Shown: in pieces, positions 24,645 to 28,341 of the stretch | How the letters are laid out: the number at the start of each line of letters is the position of its first letter | Numbering within the stretch: position 1 is the first letter of the stretch | IMG/VR virus record: IMGVR_UViG_3300037518_000029 | Coordinates: 1 to 28,341 of that record | Reading direction: 5' to 3' (one strand) | DNA from: a virus | Taxonomy: Duplodnaviria > Caudoviricetes | DNA length: 28,341 nt | The notes under the pieces: generated by a model | The model's database searches: none | What the model was told of the DNA's origin: nothing | What the model saw: only the letters and a program-made list of their open reading frames with translations | Program-made: the position numbers and the translations under genes

Positions 24645-26105
24645 TTAGTCGTCCCAGCCAGCGAACGCATCCACAACTGCACCAGACATCACCTGCGGCT
24701 GGTTAGCCGGCTGCTGAATGGGTTGCTGTGCTTGCTGCGGCGCTTGGCCGAAACCCGCTTCTACCGGTGCCTGTTGCATGGGGGCTTGCTGCTGAGCTGC
24801 AGCCAGTTGCGCTTGCAGGGCCGCCAACTGAGCTTCCATCTGGACCTGTTCCGGGGTCTTCGTGGGCTGCTGCGGTTGTACCGGTTCCGGAGTGTTGTCT
24901 TCCCCCGAAGTCTCACCGGCGGCTTGACCCACACCAACCGCGGCGTCCTCGGCCATCTCGACCTTGGTGCGACGCTGCTTGCCCGGCGACGGCTTGCCGT
25001 ACTCACGACCCGACGGGTGGACGTTACCTTGCGGTGCGGCCTGCTGCTGGGCAGGAGTTTGTTGCTGCGCCGGCTGTTGCGTCTGACCGCCGAAGATAGC
25101 TGCCACGTTGGGGTCTTGCGGGGCCGGGGTGTCCGACAGCGGTTGGACTACCGGCGGCTGACCAAAGCCGCCTTCTGCTGGTGCTTGTTGCTGCACCGCC
25201 GGCTGTTGTACGGGAGCTTGCTGCGCGGCGATGGCCTGTTGGGCTGCGGCCAACTGAGCTTGCAACTGCTCCATCTGGAGCTGCTCCGGCGTCTTGGTCG
25301 GTGGTACCGGTGCGGCTTGCTGCGCAGGCGCCTGTTGCTGGACGTGGGCAGGCGGAGCACCCAACGCCAGCGGTGCAGCTACGGCAGGCACACCCATCGG
25401 GGTGAACCCAGCCACACCGGCCATGGCCTTGGCGTCCTGCGAGTCGTGGCGTGCGTCGATGGCGGCAACACCCTCGGCGCTGACGTAGCTGAGCGGCTTG
25501 AACAGCAGCTTGGGGTACGACACGGTGGTATCGAATGTGATCTGCGTGACCACGTAGCAGTATTTCACCGGGAGGCTACGTAAGTACGCGCCGAACTCCT
25601 TGAGGCTGGCAGCGGGGATCTGGAGGCGCAACATCTCACCGCCCTCGGAGCCCGGTGTGACGACCGCGACGGTCTTCTTGTCTTGACACGCCTTGCCAGC
25701 CTTCTGGGTCTGCGGGTTGATCTTGCTGCCAAACTGGTTCTGTGGGCAGGCTGCGCAGGTGCCACACTGAGGCTTCTCGCTGTCAGCCCGCGGCGTCACG
25801 CCATCGTCGGACGAGCAGATAGGCGCTTCGGCGTCAGCGTCTGGGTTCCACGCTCCCTCGAACAACGCCTTGGTCATACCAGGGTTGGCGTGGACGATAA
25901 CCACGTTCAGCTCGAACAACTGCAGGGTGACGGGTTGCTGGCCGTTACGGACGATGTGGAAGCGACCGCCCTTGATGGAGATGTGATCGACTGCTTGGCC
26001 ACCACCGGTGCCGGACGCGGCGATGAGGTTGTCACCCGCGCTGTGGGCGATATGCTGCAGGTGCGCCGGGAGTGCGGACTGTTGGGCTGGGATCATCTGG
26101 CTCAT
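24645..26105 (-). CDS. Putative ssDNA-binding/annealing protein with Cys cluster and long Q/P/A-rich tail (486 aa)
   Basis: N-terminal domain ISIKGGRF...LNVVIV...PICSSDDGVTP...CAACPQNQFGS...GKAC...LQIPAASLK...YPKLLF, with an acidic-aromatic end DAFAGWDD. It lies in the replication operon. The SSB role is inferred. Confidence 0.6.
   Translation of the reverse strand: MSQMIPAQQSALPAHLQHIAHSAGDNLIAASGTGGGQAVDHISIKGGRFHIVRNGQQPVTLQLFELNVVIVHANPGMTKALFEGAWNPDADAEAPICSSDDGVTPRADSEKPQCGTCAACPQNQFGSKINPQTQKAGKACQDKKTVAVVTPGSEGGEMLRLQIPAASLKEFGAYLRSLPVKYCYVVTQITFDTTVSYPKLLFKPLSYVSAEGVAAIDARHDSQDAKAMAGVAGFTPMGVPAVAAPLALGAPPAHVQQQAPAQQAAPVPPTKTPEQLQMEQLQAQLAAAQQAIAAQQAPVQQPAVQQQAPAEGGFGQPPVVQPLSDTPAPQDPNVAAIFGGQTQQPAQQQTPAQQQAAPQGNVHPSGREYGKPSPGKQRRTKVEMAEDAAVGVGQAAGETSGEDNTPEPVQPQQPTKTPEQVQMEAQLAALQAQLAAAQQQAPMQQAPVEAGFGQAPQQAQQPIQQPANQPQVMSGAVVDAFAGWDD
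24740..25305 (-). repeat. Two copies of a ~45-aa PTKTPEQxQME...QAQLAAAQQ...APxExGFGQ unit
   Basis: Copy 1 at ~25150-25305 and copy 2 at ~24740-24870. Confidence 0.85.
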
Positions 26106-26119
26106 GGTTTCTTGGTTCC

Positions 26120-26506
26120 TTATTTGCGACGGATAGACACGGATCGTTCAGTGATGACCTTGACGCCTGGCGGCAACTGGCCGTTGTTGTTCTCCATGAA
26201 CTCTTTGACCGCGGTGGAGCTGAGTCGTACAGACAGCAGACCCATGTTGTCAGTCTCCTTGATGAACTGCATGGTGGTGTTCTTGTCCTCGAAGGACGGC
26301 AGCACCTTGTCGCTGATGATCACCGTACCGTTGGTGAACCCAGCGTTGCGCTGGTTGGTGCTGTTCATGTGGTCGAGCAGGAAGTTCTCAGCGTTCTTCA
26401 TCTGCGCGTCGATCTCACCCACACGGGCCTTGTGCTCTGCGTCGAGCTTGGCCTTGTGGTCACGCAGGGTGATGTAGTGGGCGACGATGGCGTTGATGTC
26501 AGTCAT
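26120..26506 (-). CDS. Conserved phage replication-module protein (128 aa; coiled coil + LPPGV end)
   Basis: YITLRD...coiled coil...GTV...LLSVRLSSTAVKEF...LPPGV...SVSIRR is loosely Gp157/Gam-like in architecture. Confidence 0.75.
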   Translation of the reverse strand: MTDINAIVAHYITLRDHKAKLDAEHKARVGEIDAQMKNAENFLLDHMNSTNQRNAGFTNGTVIISDKVLPSFEDKNTTMQFIKETDNMGLLSVRLSSTAVKEFMENNNGQLPPGVKVITERSVSIRRK

Positions 26507-26508
26507 GG

Positions 26509-26844
26509 TCAGATATCCAGTTGGTTTTGGATGTCGAGGATCTTATCGGCCATAGCGCCGATTGTGCGCTCCCAACTGGACACGGTGGATACCACCGGGC
26601 TGCGGTCATCAAACGGTTTTGGCGGCACCGGCTGTCCACAGGTAGGTGCCTGCGGTACAGGTTTACGACGGATGGGGGTGAGGCGGGACATAAGCGCGTC
26701 GAGCCGGCGCTGCAGAAGATCCAGCGCGTCGCTCATATCACCAGCCGCGTTGTCAAAGGTAGTAGGGGCTGCAGTCTCAGCCGGCAGTAGGGGGGCAGGC
26801 CGCTGAAATTCAACGTAGGTGTCGCCAGTAGTGTCATAACTCAT
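26509..26844 (-). CDS. Hypothetical protein (111 aa)
   Basis: GGAG RBS. It is the first gene after the promoter at 26892-26919 and has two short coiled-coil segments. Confidence 0.75.
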   Translation of the reverse strand: MSYDTTGDTYVEFQRPAPLLPAETAAPTTFDNAAGDMSDALDLLQRRLDALMSRLTPIRRKPVPQAPTCGQPVPPKPFDDRSPVVSTVSSWERTIGAMADKILDIQNQLDI

Positions 26845-26864
26845 GGTTTGTTTCTCCGGGTTAT

Positions 26865-26883
26865 TCAGAGCACCGCGCTCTGA
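26865..26883. promoter_or_regulatory. Inverted repeat at the transcript 5' end (operator or leader hairpin)
   Basis: TCAGAGC-accgc-GCTCTGA begins 8 nt downstream of the -10 box. Confidence 0.55.
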
Positions 26884-26891
26884 TGTTGGTC

Positions 26892-26919
26892 AGTATAAGG
26901 GTGTACGCATGTGTGTCAA
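26892..26919 (-). promoter_or_regulatory. Near-consensus sigma70 promoter for the replication genes
   Basis: Minus strand TTGACA (26919-26914), 16-nt spacer, TATACT (26897-26892). Confidence 0.75.
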
Positions 26920-28341
26920 GTGTTAGGCAGACCTAATTCACTCTTGAACATCGCGAGGATAGTGTTCTGCATAGCCTGCTTGCCCTTGAGCGCCGAGTAT
27001 AGCTCCAGCTCCAGCGCGTTGGCGGCGATACAGGCTACGGTCATGGTGTTCTTCTGGCCGGGGCGGTCCATGCGGTTGTTGGCCTGCTCGAAAATCTCCA
27101 AGTCAGTGATCGGGCCGTACCAGATAGTCAGGTCCGCACGGGTCAGCGTCAGGCCGTGGGCCGTGGTGGCCGGGTGCGCTACCAACACACGCCGACCTGG
27201 TGCGTTCTGGAACTCGTCGAATATGCGCTTGCGCTCAGTCTTCGATACGCGCCCGTCTACCACCTCGACATGGTGGCCTTGTTTGCGTAGGTGCGCAGCT
27301 ACCATGTCCAACGTCTTGGTGTACGGTACGAACACGATCGCGTTGTTCTGCGAGTCCTCGATCAGCTCCGCACAGACGTTGAGTCTGTCACTGGCGTCGA
27401 GGCTATGCCCGTCGCCGAACTCATCCAGCACGACGCCGAGGCTGATCTGCAACAACTTCTGCATCTTGGTCGCCGCGTGCGCTGCGGTTACCTGGGCGCC
27501 GCCGATGTCCGCTACCAGCTCCTTGCGCATAGCCTCATATGCGTGCTTCTGCTCGGGCGACATCTCGGCCATCAGCGTGGTGAACGTCACTGGCGGCAGG
27601 TCCAAGCAGTCGGACTTCTTGAACCGGATGCTCGGGGACAACACCTCGTATGCTTGCTCGAACGCGCCCTCCTTGGGCACCCACTTGTATTGCGTGATCT
27701 GCTGCATGAGCTGGTTCTTGAACGCTGAGAAGTAGTGCGGGATCTTCTTGCTGCCTAGCAGCTTGGCCAGACCCCACACGTCGGTCGGCTCCTTGGGGCA
27801 AGGCGTGCCGGTCATCAGCCACATCCAGTCGGTAGGGCGTACCAGCTTTGCGAACATCTTGTGGCGCTGGCTCTGCGGGTTACGCACCGCACTGGCCTCG
27901 TCGTACAACCAGAGGTTGATGTCGGTACGCTTGGCCAGCTCGTCGGAGATCACCTTGATCCCGTCGTGGTTGATGATGTAGAAGTCGGCCTTCTGCGCCA
28001 GCAGCTTGAGCCTGCGCTCGCGGGAGCCGTGCAGCACCACGCAGGTACGCCGGCCGAGGAAGTGCTTATTGATCTCGTCGTCCCACACGCTGTCCATCGT
28101 GGACTTGGGGCAGACGATGATGCCCTTCTGGATAACACCGAGCTTCATCATGTAGTCCGCAGCCCACAAGGCGCTCAAGCTCTTGCCCAAGCCCATGTCG
28201 TTCAGGCAGATAGCTCGGTTGTATAGGGTGAAGAACTCGGCGGTGGTCACTTGATGGTCGAACGGCGACGGGTATCGACTAGGCCAATCATAGAAATACC
28301 GGATCGGGCTAGGCGAGTTTATCCCCAGGTTACGCAGCACC
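26916..28341 (-). CDS. SNF2-like (superfamily 2) helicase, 5'-truncated by the window
   Basis: PFDHQ, NDMGLGKS (motif I), LYDEAS (II), MTGTP (III), HGLTLTRA (V) and QANNRMDRPGQ (VI). The frame is open to the window edge. Confidence 0.92.
   Translation of the reverse strand, partial: VLRNLGINSPSPIRYFYDWPSRYPSPFDHQVTTAEFFTLYNRAICLNDMGLGKSLSALWAADYMMKLGVIQKGIIVCPKSTMDSVWDDEINKHFLGRRTCVVLHGSRERRLKLLAQKADFYIINHDGIKVISDELAKRTDINLWLYDEASAVRNPQSQRHKMFAKLVRPTDWMWLMTGTPCPKEPTDVWGLAKLLGSKKIPHYFSAFKNQLMQQITQYKWVPKEGAFEQAYEVLSPSIRFKKSDCLDLPPVTFTTLMAEMSPEQKHAYEAMRKELVADIGGAQVTAAHAATKMQKLLQISLGVVLDEFGDGHSLDASDRLNVCAELIEDSQNNAIVFVPYTKTLDMVAAHLRKQGHHVEVVDGRVSKTERKRIFDEFQNAPGRRVLVAHPATTAHGLTLTRADLTIWYGPITDLEIFEQANNRMDRPGQKNTMTVACIAANALELELYSALKGKQAMQNTILAMFKSELGLPNT

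Larger units (their letters stand above)
1..28341. mobile_element. Segment of a tailed dsDNA bacteriophage (or prophage) genome, probably podovirus-like
   Basis: Capsid, adaptor, holin/endolysin, tail and primase/helicase genes are densely packed and often overlap. No cellular housekeeping genes, tape-measure gene or sheath gene are recognisable in the window. Confidence 0.95.

Noticed and set aside
24573-25583. 336-aa Leu/Arg-rich plus-strand ORF
   Set aside because: It is an in-register antisense of the Gln-rich SSB-like tail (CAG read as CTG), not a real leucine-rich protein.
1-28341. tRNA, rRNA, integrase/att site, transposase or DNA polymerase
   Set aside because: None was recognised. 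Intergenic gaps are mostly too short for RNA genes. Lifestyle and polymerase content cannot be judged because the genome continues beyond both edges.

Overview
The whole 28.3-kb window reads as part of a GC-rich tailed dsDNA phage genome, most likely with a short tail. No host housekeeping genes, integrase, tRNA, rRNA or CRISPR array are visible. There are two converging arms. The plus-strand arm (1-20338) carries the 3' end of an N4-gp56-like major capsid gene, head-completion/adaptor genes, a putative internal protein and a 2397-aa polyvalent protein (GNAT motif, HExxH metallopeptidase and PLxRFG-like region). These are followed by a lysis cassette (membrane protein, 3TM-type holin, GH19 endolysin) and a tail module that includes a stand-alone 7-bladed beta-propeller. 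The minus-strand arm (28341-20335) carries an SNF2-like helicase, a near-consensus sigma70 promoter, small conserved proteins, a Cys-cluster SSB-like protein with a long Q/P/A tail, an HTH protein, an AEP primase-DUF927 helicase fusion, an atypical short C5-methyltransferase-like protein and a DUF4258/RelE-like small protein. The most unusual signals are in the tail module: (i) a low-GC beta-hairpin loop closed by the only two cysteines of a 653-aa tail protein; (ii) an exact 15-nt stop/RBS/start repeat that makes the 314-aa gene and the propeller gene look like cassettes in the same slot; (iii) a possibly split nozzle gene. The enzymatic cargo of the giant protein is the other main point of interest. 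All family assignments come from motifs recognised by eye, and no database searches were run.
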